Positions 37,869 through 46,838 are shown, counted from the stretch's first letter. The stretch: 62,746 bases of DNA from an uncultured Bifidobacteriaceae bacterium (GCA_964356125.1 CAYHHH010000009.1:1-62746), one strand, 5' to 3'. The notes: a model not told the origin generated them from the letters alone. Numbers and translations: made by a program.

Positions 37869-38714
37869 CTATGGCGCCATCGAGGCAGGCGCAGGCAGCG
37901 TCACCTTGCCTGTGGCCGCCCATTCGGCCCCCCGAGGAAAGAGCGTGGCAAACGCAGCGGTCTGTATCGTCGGGACATCGTGCCCCAGCACGGTGGTGAA
38001 GACGCGTCCTTTGCCGTAGTCCACCGTCCACATCACCGGCTGGTGCAGGCCGGGACCTGAAAGCGGCTGCGGCGCCTTCGCGTCGGTGCGCGAGGCCTGG
38101 TAGAGCGCATGATCGTCCCAGGCCGTGGCCAGCACGCGATACGAGCCCTCGGGCTGCCAGCGCAGGTTGGCATAGAGCTCGTCGTTCGCCTGCGGAAACG
38201 AGCTCTTCAGTCCCTTTGTGATGGGATGGTCCGGATCCTTGATGTCAACGACAAAGTCGTGGCGGGCTGAGTGGTGACCGTAGCCCTTGCTCGGTGCCCA
38301 CATGCCGGCGGCCAACTTCTCATACTCTGCCCAGCCATCGAAAGCCGCGACGGCAAAGTGGTAAATCACCAGGCCCTTGCCTGAGCGCACAAAATCCAGC
38401 AGAGCGAGATCGGCCCGATCCCCCCAACGCAGCTCGGGTCTGCCCCGTTCGTAGTAGTTCGAAATGACCAGGTCGTAGGGCGCCAGCGTCTCCGCGCTCG
38501 CACCGCGAAATTCTTCGGTCACACGAACGTCGAATCGACCGGTGTCCTCGAGCAGCTGGCGGAGGGCCGGCGTGGTGGCCCTCCAGTTATGCCCGTTCTG
38601 CCCGGTAATCATCAGAACGGAAATCTTCGCCGGCTCCGTGGCTGGCTGCTGGCCAACGACGAAGCCTCCAGCAGCCACAAGCGACAGGACGACGAGGGGC
38701 AGCCTGCGTTTCAC
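37869..38714 (-). CDS. ThuA-like protein with Sec signal
   Basis: GTG 38714 lies 6 nt after GGAGG. VKRRLPLVVLSLVAAGGFVVG. ThuA motifs: VLMITGQNGHNW, YDLVISNY, GKGLVIYHFA, HPITKGL, TVLGHD. Confidence 0.8.
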   Translation of the reverse strand: MKRRLPLVVLSLVAAGGFVVGQQPATEPAKISVLMITGQNGHNWRATTPALRQLLEDTGRFDVRVTEEFRGASAETLAPYDLVISNYYERGRPELRWGDRADLALLDFVRSGKGLVIYHFAVAAFDGWAEYEKLAAGMWAPSKGYGHHSARHDFVVDIKDPDHPITKGLKSSFPQANDELYANLRWQPEGSYRVLATAWDDHALYQASRTDAKAPQPLSGPGLHQPVMWTVDYGKGRVFTTVLGHDVPTIQTAAFATLFPRGAEWAATGKVTLPAPASMAP

Positions 38715-38736
38715 CGGGAACCTCCGTTCATTTCTT

Positions 38737-40533
38737 TCAATCGCCGCTCGAACGTTCTGACGTTCCCTGGCTCGCAGCATGGAGTCCTGCGAGGCGGCCG
38801 AACAGGATCGATTTAGCCAGGCCATGCTGGGCCACCCCGCTCGCGCATTCGCCGCCGGCATAGAGACCAGGGATGACCTGGCCGTTCATGTCCACGACCT
38901 GCGCGTTGGTGTTGATCCGGATGCCGGCATACACGTCGTGCAGCACCGGCGTCGCCCATGCGGCATAAAACGGCGGCGTCTGGATCTTGTCGGTGGGCGT
39001 CGGCTTGCCGAAGTCGGCATCGACTCCCGCGTCGACGAAGGAGTTGTACCGTTCCACCGTCATGCGCAGAGCGCTGCCCTGCATCGGCCACGTCTGATAC
39101 GGACACCTGGTGAGCTGACTCGCGAGCTCCTCGAGCGTGTCGGCGCTGAAGAAGAAGCCGCCTGCGCGATCGACGTACGGCGGTTCGGTATTCCACCGCT
39201 CGCGCTTCGCCGCAGCCGCATCGAAGATGGCCCAGATCGGGCCGCCACCGTTCAGCTTCTTCGGATTGCCGCTCCACGCCAGCGCCGCGTCGATGTGCTG
39301 GCGCCAGCCGAGCGAGCCCATAGGCTTGCCCCGGAGCGTCTCTTCAGAGAAGCGGCGGCCGTTCTCCTTCACCATGATGGCGTCCTGCCAGTCGATGATC
39401 CCGAGACCCATGGCGACCTGGCGGAAGAACACGGGGCAATCCGGCGGAATGGGGGGGCTGCCGTTCTGCCTGGTTCCGAGCCTGCCTCCCGCCCTGTCAA
39501 CCTGCCGGTCACCGAGGTTGACCTGGTTGGACGCCGTCCAGAGCGAGGCCCCGACGGACATGGCCGCCAGCTCGCCGTCGGCGTCCTTCGTCGTCCAGGC
39601 GCTGGCCCAGACCCCGTACTCCTCGGTCAACCGCGGATCGTAGATGCGGCGGAAGTTGACATTGGCCGAAGGCCCACCAGTCGCGATGATGACGCCCTTG
39701 CGCGCGCGGATGTTGACGGTGCTCCCTGTCGGCTTGTTGAACTTGTCGACTTCCTGAGCGGTGACGCCAATCACGCGTCCGGAGTTCGGGCGCTCGCGGT
39801 GAATCCGCAACATCTTGTGGAGCACCAGGAATCTGACACCCTTGGCCCGGGCATGTTTCTCCAACGGCCTGATCAGCCCCGTGCCTCGAGTGCCGTCGAC
39901 GATGTGCTCCGCCCGGTTCGGCCAGACCTTGACGTTGGCATTCCGGGGGACCTTCGGATCGCCCGGCCCACGCGTGCCGCCAAGGCCCGTGAACTCAACC
40001 CCGTGGTCCAGGAGAAAATCCATGGTCGCAACGGCGTTGTCGGCAAACGCGCGAATGAGATCCCGGTCGTTGTGCTTCGCGAGCGGGTTGCCGCCTGGGC
40101 CGTAGACGTCCGGATTGATTCCGGCGGGTGTCTGGCCTTCTGAGTCCGTGTAATCCAGGAAGAACTGATCCGGCGAGTCCTTGACCCCGTACTGCTGCTG
40201 CACCCGGTTGCCGCACCCCAGCTGAACCTGGCCGCCGCTGAGAATGCCTCGCCCGCCGACGTCCCAGCACTTCTCGACCACGAGCACAGTGGCACCGCGA
40301 TCGACCGCCGCAACCGCCGCCGGCATGCCCGCCGCGCCGGAACCAATGACGACGACGTCATAGGTCTGGTCCCACTTGACGTTTGTCTGTACCTGGGCCG
40401 CTTCCACGGGCGTCTGGTTTGCGCCAAGACCTGCGAGCGCCGCGGCACCTCCGATGCCGGCTGCCGCTCCCTTGAGGAACCCTCTCCTGTCGACGTTTCC
40501 TCCCCTGCTCTCAGGTCGCTGCTTCTTCGCCAT
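38737..40533 (-). CDS. Tat-exported FAD-dependent oxidoreductase, paralog B
   Basis: ORF 38737..41100 trimmed to ATG 40533 (one-base TGATG overlap with the upstream stop). The Tat signal reads DRRGFLKGAAAGIGGAAALAG. The Rossmann motif is VVVIGSGAAGMPAAVAAVDRGATVLVVEK. Confidence 0.85.
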   Translation of the reverse strand: MAKKQRPESRGGNVDRRGFLKGAAAGIGGAAALAGLGANQTPVEAAQVQTNVKWDQTYDVVVIGSGAAGMPAAVAAVDRGATVLVVEKCWDVGGRGILSGGQVQLGCGNRVQQQYGVKDSPDQFFLDYTDSEGQTPAGINPDVYGPGGNPLAKHNDRDLIRAFADNAVATMDFLLDHGVEFTGLGGTRGPGDPKVPRNANVKVWPNRAEHIVDGTRGTGLIRPLEKHARAKGVRFLVLHKMLRIHRERPNSGRVIGVTAQEVDKFNKPTGSTVNIRARKGVIIATGGPSANVNFRRIYDPRLTEEYGVWASAWTTKDADGELAAMSVGASLWTASNQVNLGDRQVDRAGGRLGTRQNGSPPIPPDCPVFFRQVAMGLGIIDWQDAIMVKENGRRFSEETLRGKPMGSLGWRQHIDAALAWSGNPKKLNGGGPIWAIFDAAAAKRERWNTEPPYVDRAGGFFFSADTLEELASQLTRCPYQTWPMQGSALRMTVERYNSFVDAGVDADFGKPTPTDKIQTPPFYAAWATPVLHDVYAGIRINTNAQVVDMNGQVIPGLYAGGECASGVAQHGLAKSILFGRLAGLHAASQGTSERSSGD

Positions 40534-42506
40534 CAGTCGACAGCTCCTTTCTTGCCGAAGAAGATCATCGTGCCGAAGCGCCCGTTGTTGACGATGTCTG
40601 CGACACCATCGGCGTTCATATCGACGACCAGCGGCTGCCGTCCTACACCGGAATTGTTGTGAATGCGATGTGGAACGAAGTCGACGTCGCCTCCGGGCCG
40701 GCGAACCAGCTTGAACCAGTAGAAGACGTTCTCCGCGTCCTCGTCGGCGGGCCAGCCGTACGAGTAGTGGAAGTTGCCGAGGTTGTGATCTCTGTGCTTG
40801 CCTGTGACGATGTCCTTCAGGCCGTCGCCATCGACGTCGCCGAGCGCGAGCCCGTGCATTTCGGTGAACACCACGCCATGGCTCCTGGCCGGATCGCGAT
40901 CCATGATCATGTGGCGGACAAAGGAGATCGCGCCCGCGCGGTCGCGTTTCTGCTCGAACCAGGCGAGCCCGTACGCATGTGCTTCGAGGCTCGCGATCAC
41001 ATCGTTGAGCCCGTCGCCGTTGACGTCGTACACCTGAATCTGCGCGCCACCTCCGGCGCCCTGGCCGGCACGGCCGAATTCTTCTGGGTGAAATTTCCAC
41101 GGCACTTTGGTTGGCGACTCAGGTTGCTCCCACCAGCCCCAGCCCCGGAGCACGTCGATCCGGCCGTCGCCGTTCACGTCGCCAATACCGATGCCGTGCG
41201 GACCCCAGCTCGCCTGTTCGGTCAACTGATGCACGATCCAGGGCTTCGTCGGATCGGACGGATCGGGCTCGGCGTAGTTCACTGCGGAGCCATTGCCTCC
41301 GATCACGAACTCAGGTTTCCCGTCCCGATCGATGTCGGCCATCTCGACGTTCTCGGACGGCCCCGCCAGGTTCAGAATCTCGAAACGCGCCCAGCGGCGC
41401 AGCTCGTTGTGAGGATTCACATACAGGTAAACGGGACTTCCGCCCGTAAACGCCTTGACCACCACGTCGGGCCAGCCGTCACCGGTGAAGTCGGCGGCCT
41501 CGCACGAAAGCGTGGAGCCGTAGTTGGTGACGTCGAGTGGATAGGTGTGGTCGATCGTTCGCCCCTTCCTGAAATCCGGTCCCATCCAGACCATGAGGCC
41601 GGCCACAATGTCCAGGTTGCCATCGCGGTCGACATCGGCCACGCACGAGCCGTCTCCGTGGAAATAGGGGGTGACCACCTGCACACGAAACCGGCTCGCA
41701 AACGTGTCGACTGTCGGAACGATCTCCGCGTAGTTGCGGATGGCGACGTCTCTGAATCGCACTTCCGCGCCAGGACTGCCGGCCACGCGCAACGCCAGCG
41801 GGCCGAAGGCGCCGAACTGCGGGCGGAGCGCAATGCGATCCCCCTGGCCGAAACCGGGACCCATCGCCGGAGCGGGGTACCCCGTGCTGACCGTCGTGCC
41901 GTTCAATACGACGTTCAGCGCCTGGCTGTCGGCGTTCACCGGCGTGAAGAGCCGCACTTCGACCTGATTCCATTCGCCGGGTCGAATGCTCGCGGGAGGA
42001 CGCGGCACCGACATCGGGTGACCGACAGGTGCGGGCGGAGGCACGCCGCCCTGCCGGCCACCACCGGCACCCGCACCGCCGCCGCGTGCAGCGGCGGGCG
42101 CGAGTTTGCGCCGTTCAAGTTCTTGTCCCATGGAACCGACGCTCAGCTCGTACGCGTTCAGATCGTCGTCAGTCAGGGAGATGTAGGTGCCCGTGGCACG
42201 CTCGCCCGCGCTCTCCATTCCCAGCAGAATGCCGGTCTGGCATTCGCCGGTGCAGCGAAATGAGAACTTCACGCCCAAATCCTGGTAGCCGCGATCGCTC
42301 AGGAGCCAGCCACCACCACCGGACGACACGGTGCCGATGATCTCGCTGCCTTCCACGCGCCAGGCAGCCGAGCCCTTCGCGTGCCACACGGCTGGATCTG
42401 TTCCATCGAGCCCGCCCACAAGACGTGCGGGCTGCTGGCCGAACGCCACGAGCGTGAATGCTGCCGCGAAGGCGGCGACCGCGGCCACACCTACTGTACG
42501 AGCCAT
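40533..42506 (-). CDS. Secreted DUF1080 + FG-GAP/VCBS beta-propeller protein, paralog 3 (lacks the heptanucleotide repeat)
   Basis: Same two-domain architecture as paralogs 1 and 2 but more divergent. The loop WWEQPESPTKVPWKFHP is 9 aa shorter than in paralogs 1 and 2. Confidence 0.8.
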   Translation of the reverse strand: MARTVGVAAVAAFAAAFTLVAFGQQPARLVGGLDGTDPAVWHAKGSAAWRVEGSEIIGTVSSGGGGWLLSDRGYQDLGVKFSFRCTGECQTGILLGMESAGERATGTYISLTDDDLNAYELSVGSMGQELERRKLAPAAARGGGAGAGGGRQGGVPPPAPVGHPMSVPRPPASIRPGEWNQVEVRLFTPVNADSQALNVVLNGTTVSTGYPAPAMGPGFGQGDRIALRPQFGAFGPLALRVAGSPGAEVRFRDVAIRNYAEIVPTVDTFASRFRVQVVTPYFHGDGSCVADVDRDGNLDIVAGLMVWMGPDFRKGRTIDHTYPLDVTNYGSTLSCEAADFTGDGWPDVVVKAFTGGSPVYLYVNPHNELRRWARFEILNLAGPSENVEMADIDRDGKPEFVIGGNGSAVNYAEPDPSDPTKPWIVHQLTEQASWGPHGIGIGDVNGDGRIDVLRGWGWWEQPESPTKVPWKFHPEEFGRAGQGAGGGAQIQVYDVNGDGLNDVIASLEAHAYGLAWFEQKRDRAGAISFVRHMIMDRDPARSHGVVFTEMHGLALGDVDGDGLKDIVTGKHRDHNLGNFHYSYGWPADEDAENVFYWFKLVRRPGGDVDFVPHRIHNNSGVGRQPLVVDMNADGVADIVNNGRFGTMIFFGKKGAVD

Positions 42507-42574
42507 TGACCCCCTCCAGTCACCGCTGTTCCGGGCTCAGTCTGCCACAGCATGACCGCATGCCGGCAAGCCTG

Positions 42575-42592
42575 GTATGACGGCCGTCATAC
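42575..42592. promoter_or_regulatory. Perfect 18-bp palindrome GTATGACGGCCGTCATAC (core TATGAC-N4-GTCATA)
   Basis: Read directly from the sequence. The centre lies 77.5 nt upstream of ATG 42506. Confidence 0.65.
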
Positions 42593-42664
42593 GGCGCCGC
42601 GATGACCGCCGCCAACCGCGGCGCCCACTCACATCCGGCCCAGCCCGAGCCCGTGAAAGACGCA

Positions 42665-43411
42665 TTAACGTGCGATCCGATAGGTACGGTCAAGTTCGAC
42701 AAGCCGCACGACCAGCTCCGAATGCGCGTGCACATGAAAGATGTAACGCGGCACGTCGCGGCCGGTGGTTCGAGCCATGAAGGGCTCGCCCCAGAAGCTG
42801 AGTTGCGCTTCGACGTGGCCGTCTGATTCCCGGTCGGCCAGCACAAACGACACGTTCTCGCTCATCGTGCACCATCGCGGTTCGGTCACCTTCTCGCGTC
42901 CTCGACATGCTTCCAGCTTCGGGGCGACGTGAGCGCGCCAGTTCTCGCGTTCGCCCTCATCGAGGACGAACTCGATTCGGGTCACACGAGGGTTCTCGAC
43001 AGCAGGCCTCAGGAGACAGTCGAACAGCTCCTGGGGCCGAAACATCAGCAGGCAGACGTTGAACCACACCATGTCGCCGCGCGCCTGTCGAGCGAACGTC
43101 TCGCTTGCCGAGCGCAGCTGGCGCGGCCCGACAAGGACGACGTCTGGCAATGCGAGCGCACTCTGCAGAGCCGTCATCGTCCGCTCGGTCCGCGCCGTGG
43201 CCTCCTCGACGCGCTCCTCGCGCTCCTCGTGGCGCAACTGCCGGAGCAGCAGGAGAGCCACGAGCACCAACGTGATCGTCAGGAGCACGTCCGTCTGGAC
43301 GACGTGGAGGAAATGAAGAATCAACGCCGCCACCGCCGCGACGATTCCGGCGGCCGCGTCCCAATCGTACCTGCGGAACCATGGCCCTGGTGCTGATGGC
43401 TGCATGCGCAT
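42665..43411 (-). CDS. Hypothetical membrane-anchored protein (2 TM + charged coiled-coil + unknown C-terminal domain)
   Basis: AAGIVAAVAALILHFLHVVQTDVLLTITLVLVALLLL, followed by RQLRHEEREERVEEATARTERT. No family recognised. Confidence 0.45.
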   Translation of the reverse strand: MRMQPSAPGPWFRRYDWDAAAGIVAAVAALILHFLHVVQTDVLLTITLVLVALLLLRQLRHEEREERVEEATARTERTMTALQSALALPDVVLVGPRQLRSASETFARQARGDMVWFNVCLLMFRPQELFDCLLRPAVENPRVTRIEFVLDEGERENWRAHVAPKLEACRGREKVTEPRWCTMSENVSFVLADRESDGHVEAQLSFWGEPFMARTTGRDVPRYIFHVHAHSELVVRLVELDRTYRIAR

Positions 43412-43510
43412 CAGTCTAGCCTCTTGGTGGCGGCAGCCGTATCATGCGTGGACCTGGCCGGCGCGCCATTCGCAGAGTAAGGGCATCAGCGTCGGAATGC
43501 GCCCTGACGT

Positions 43511-43891
43511 TCACGCATCATTCAGCGCCTCCTCGATGCTCTCTTCAATCCATCGCAACGCGTCGAGCGCGCGGGGAAGGCCGATCGTGGGCAGGGCAAT
43601 CAACGCGACCTGCCGCAACGCCTCGGGCGACACGCCTGCCCGCAGCGCCTTCTTCGCGTGGATGTGAACGGTGCGATCGATGGCTCCGCCGACCGATACC
43701 GCCAGCTTGGCCAGCGCAATGGTCTGTGTGTCCAGCGGTCCCGCACAGCGGCACGCCTCGCTCAGCCCGTCATAGGCGGCGGCCACGGCGGGATATCGCG
43801 CCTCGAATCGCTTCCAGTTGCGCGGCGTGTTCTGCGCGCGGGCGGCCGCGCCGTTACGACGAACAATTGTGGGAGACATGGTGCGCTTCAT
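43511..43891 (-). CDS. Carboxymuconolactone decarboxylase (AhpD-like) family protein
   Basis: All-helical pattern ...LDTQTIALAKLAVSVGGAIDRTVHIHAKKALRAGVSPEALRQVALIA... The start is uncertain (ATG 43891 or 43879), and either choice overlaps the upstream gene. Confidence 0.6.
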   Translation of the reverse strand: MKRTMSPTIVRRNGAAARAQNTPRNWKRFEARYPAVAAAYDGLSEACRCAGPLDTQTIALAKLAVSVGGAIDRTVHIHAKKALRAGVSPEALRQVALIALPTIGLPRALDALRWIEESIEEALNDA

Positions 43892-44783
43892 ACAGATCCA
43901 GACATTGCGGGCAGAGCCCGCGATCGATGCTCCACGACGGATAGTCGCGCTCAATCAGCGATCGCGCCGCGGCGCTCAGGCGTTCCGGATGCCGATCGAG
44001 TGACGCAACCGGAAACCGGCACAGCGGGCACCGGCCGGTCTCGCCGCGCTCGTCGCCGATCGACCCAGGAGGAGTGACAGCAAAGGCCGCCATCGCCTGG
44101 TGAGTCGGCGCGACTCGGTCGAACCACTCGTCGAAGGTGCGGCCCGCGCGATCGCCAAGCATGGAAAACGTCGAGCCGAATTCACGCCGGCGCGCGGCGC
44201 GGGCATCCGGATGAGCCAGACCTGTTCGGGCGAGGCGGCCGTCGATCGTCACATCCCAAAGGACGCGGTAGCGATCGCGAACGATATTGTCCGCTGACGG
44301 CCCGTCATCGGACGGCGGCAGGCGTCGCTCGTAGCCAAAGGCCGGGTCGAGCATATCGGCCACGTGCATGAGTTCGTGACGAAGCAGCGCGCGGAGCGGC
44401 TCGGGATCGAGCAACAGCGACGGCCTCAGCCTGAGCGCCAGGAGCGGCTGACGCCGGCCTGCGACGTCCGGGAGCGCGCGGTCGAATAGATCCGCGCCTT
44501 CCTCCTGGCGCCGCAGGGCGCGAAGCACGCGGACCTGAGCGACACGTTCGGCAACCTCCGCGCGTTCCTCGATCGCGTTCTCGACTGGTCGGTGGAGATC
44601 CAGGCGCACGAACCATTTCAGGTGTGCCGCGCGGAAGGCCGCATCGCGCCGCTCCGGATCGGCGATGTCGTACGCGGCATTTCGCTCCAGCCGAAATCCA
44701 CGAATCATGTCGCCCGGCATCGTTCGCTCGGCCAGCAACACGGCTTCCTCGACGAGATCGGGAGCGTACGTCGTATCGATCAC
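43854..44783 (-). CDS. Hypothetical HExxH (HELMH) protein with C-terminal CxxC...CxxC zinc-ribbon-like motif
   Basis: GTG 44783 overlaps the chaperone stop (GTGA). Motif LLRHELMHVADMLDP. C-terminus CPLCRFP...(about 30 aa)...CPQC. No family recognised. Confidence 0.5.
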   Translation of the reverse strand: MIDTTYAPDLVEEAVLLAERTMPGDMIRGFRLERNAAYDIADPERRDAAFRAAHLKWFVRLDLHRPVENAIEERAEVAERVAQVRVLRALRRQEEGADLFDRALPDVAGRRQPLLALRLRPSLLLDPEPLRALLRHELMHVADMLDPAFGYERRLPPSDDGPSADNIVRDRYRVLWDVTIDGRLARTGLAHPDARAARRREFGSTFSMLGDRAGRTFDEWFDRVAPTHQAMAAFAVTPPGSIGDERGETGRCPLCRFPVASLDRHPERLSAAARSLIERDYPSWSIDRGLCPQCLDLYEAHHVSHNCSS

Positions 44784-45559
44784 GGGTGTCGCTGAATTTG
44801 AATGAGATCCTCAGCCGAGCCGCACATCATCGGCGTGTCGTCGACCAGCTCCGGGCGCACCGTGAGACCAGCCGGACCGCCTTCAACCCCGGCGCGCGCG
44901 CATACCCCATCGAGGAACCGGAGGAAGACGGATCCGAGCGCCCCGTAAAACATGCCGACGCCGTCGGCGGCCAGCGCGGTGCCGAACGCGCGGCCAAAAT
45001 GCCCGAGGTGGTCGCGCAGGAAGGCACGTTCGGCCTGTGCGGTCACCTCAAGCGTCTCCGCGTCGCCTTCGCCTTCGAGCTCCATCGCCAGAAGCCGGGC
45101 CTGCTTCCGATTCAGGAACTCGAGGAACTCGCACTCACAGGCGACGTGATCCAGCCGCACCTCGGACGCCGAGGGCGGAGTGAGCCCGAAGGCAAGGTAA
45201 TACCCGGCGAGGTCGGCGAGCTGCTGCGGCTGCTGGAACTTGTTGTCGTCGCCGAACTCGGTTTCACAGGCACACACCAGCCCGCGCGTGGTGTGGCCGA
45301 AGACCCGCCAGTACTGGCCCGCCAGCGCGTCGAGGTCGCCGACCGCGACGGCCGTCAACTGCCGAACCGCTGTGTCCAGAGCGGCGGTCCCGTCCGGCAC
45401 GTCGACGCATCCCAACGCCTCGACGAACAGAGAAAAGCCGTCAGAGGCGCCCATGTCGCGGAGCCGGGCGCGCGTCGGCTCCTGAAACGCGATGGAAAAC
45501 GTCCGGTAGACAACAGCCATCGCGAGCGAGTCGTTCATGCGGCTGACGGGATCGAGCAT
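44780..45559 (-). CDS. TorD/NarJ-family maturation chaperone for the type II molybdoenzyme (NxrD/DdhD-like)
   Basis: ORF trimmed to ATG 45559 (GAGGA RBS, 8 nt after the beta-subunit stop). YWRVFGHT...CETEFGD...QQLADLAGYYLAFGL...DHVACECEFLEFL is the TorD-family signature. Confidence 0.8.
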   Translation of the reverse strand: MLDPVSRMNDSLAMAVVYRTFSIAFQEPTRARLRDMGASDGFSLFVEALGCVDVPDGTAALDTAVRQLTAVAVGDLDALAGQYWRVFGHTTRGLVCACETEFGDDNKFQQPQQLADLAGYYLAFGLTPPSASEVRLDHVACECEFLEFLNRKQARLLAMELEGEGDAETLEVTAQAERAFLRDHLGHFGRAFGTALAADGVGMFYGALGSVFLRFLDGVCARAGVEGGPAGLTVRPELVDDTPMMCGSAEDLIQIQRHP

Positions 45560-45567
45560 GTTGGTCC

Positions 45568-46836
45568 TCAGATCGAATTCGCGTGCTTGTTCGTGCGAAC
45601 GTGCAGCGGTTCCTCGACCGTCGTCCGGAAGAGCTCCTGGCCCCGCTTGCCGAACGCGATAACCGTGTCGTTGTAGAGCTCGACCTTCCTGCCGTGCAGC
45701 GTGCCTTCGTAGATCTTGGGACCTTCCTGGATCTCGTACTTGTAGATGATGCGGTTCGACCGCCTGAACAGCTGGAGCACCGCGAGCAGCTCGCGGCTCG
45801 GGTTCGCGTAGCGGTCGATCGCACCGTCGACACCCGGCCCGAACATCTGCGTCAGATACGGCCGCGCCACCCATCGTGGGGGAATGTAGTAGCCGTTGGG
45901 CTGCGTCCCGAACTGCGGATACAGAGGCAAGGCCACCTTGGCGACATGGACCATGTAATAGAGCGGGTTGTAACGATCCTCAGCCCACGTGCCGTCTTCC
46001 GCCATCTGCACCAGCCCCTGCATACGGATCTGTCCGATGCACGCGGCCATGCAGCGCGTCTCCATGGGCTCGCCGCCGCTCTCCGGATCCGTCCCCTCGA
46101 CCCTCGGATAGCAGGCGATGCACTTCTCGCTCGTACGGGTGTTGCCCCGGTACATCGTCTTCTTGTACGGGCAGGCTTCGACGCACTTGCGGTAGCCACG
46201 GCACTCGGACTGATCGAGGAGAACAATGCCGTCTTCGGGCCGCTTGTAGATCGCATTACGAGGACACGCCGCCAGGCAGGCCGGATACGAGCAGTGATTG
46301 CAGATGCGGGCCAGATAGAAGAACCAGGTGTTGTGCACCGGAAGTTGCTCACCGGTGGAGTGGAGCTTGTCGCGCACGCCGGGCTTGCCAAGCGGATTGT
46401 CCTCGTAGATGTTCGGGGAATTCCATTCCTCGTCGGTTGGGAGGTAGCCAAGCACGCGCGCGCTGTCGGGGCTGAGCGCGCGATCGGCCGCCTCGAAGAT
46501 CGTCTGTCCTTCGAACTTGCCGTGAGGGGCCGACCGGTTATCGGCCTCGGCGCCGCCCCATACCTGACCGTCGGGGTTTGCCTGTTCCAGCAGGCCCAGG
46601 ATCTTGGCATCCCACCACTGTGGGTAGCCGCCGTACGGCTTCGTCTCGACATTGGCCCACCACATGTGCTCCTGTCCCTTGCTGAAGGTCCATGTCGACT
46701 TGCACGCCATGGTACAGCTCTGGCACGCGATGCAGCGGTTGATGTTGAAGACGAACGCGAACTGCCGCGACGGGTAGCGCGCGTCGTGCGGATAACTCAT
46801 GTCGCGGCCGAGCTGCCAGTTTTTCACGGTCGCCAT
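45568..46836 (-). CDS. Type II DMSO-reductase-family beta subunit, NxrB-like (4 Fe-S clusters)
   Basis: The N-terminus MATVKNWQLGRDMSYPHDARYPSRQFAFVFNINRCIACQSCTMACKSTW resembles Nitrospira/anammox-type NxrB as I remember it. Other Cys groups are CNHCSYPACLAACP, CRGYRKCVEACPY and CIACYPR...CMAACIGQIR. At 422 aa it is longer than the Ebd/Pcr/Ser-type beta subunits. Confidence 0.85.
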   Translation of the reverse strand: MATVKNWQLGRDMSYPHDARYPSRQFAFVFNINRCIACQSCTMACKSTWTFSKGQEHMWWANVETKPYGGYPQWWDAKILGLLEQANPDGQVWGGAEADNRSAPHGKFEGQTIFEAADRALSPDSARVLGYLPTDEEWNSPNIYEDNPLGKPGVRDKLHSTGEQLPVHNTWFFYLARICNHCSYPACLAACPRNAIYKRPEDGIVLLDQSECRGYRKCVEACPYKKTMYRGNTRTSEKCIACYPRVEGTDPESGGEPMETRCMAACIGQIRMQGLVQMAEDGTWAEDRYNPLYYMVHVAKVALPLYPQFGTQPNGYYIPPRWVARPYLTQMFGPGVDGAIDRYANPSRELLAVLQLFRRSNRIIYKYEIQEGPKIYEGTLHGRKVELYNDTVIAFGKRGQELFRTTVEEPLHVRTNKHANSI

Positions 46837-46838
46837 CG

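Noticed and set aside
40345-40362. AATGAC-GACGAC-GTCATA, which superficially resembles the TATGAC box.
   Set aside because: The spacer is 6 nt, not 4. It lies within the Rossmann-fold coding sequence (YDVVVIGSG) of the FAD oxidoreductase, and its paralog at 28380 lacks it. It is a by-product of codons.
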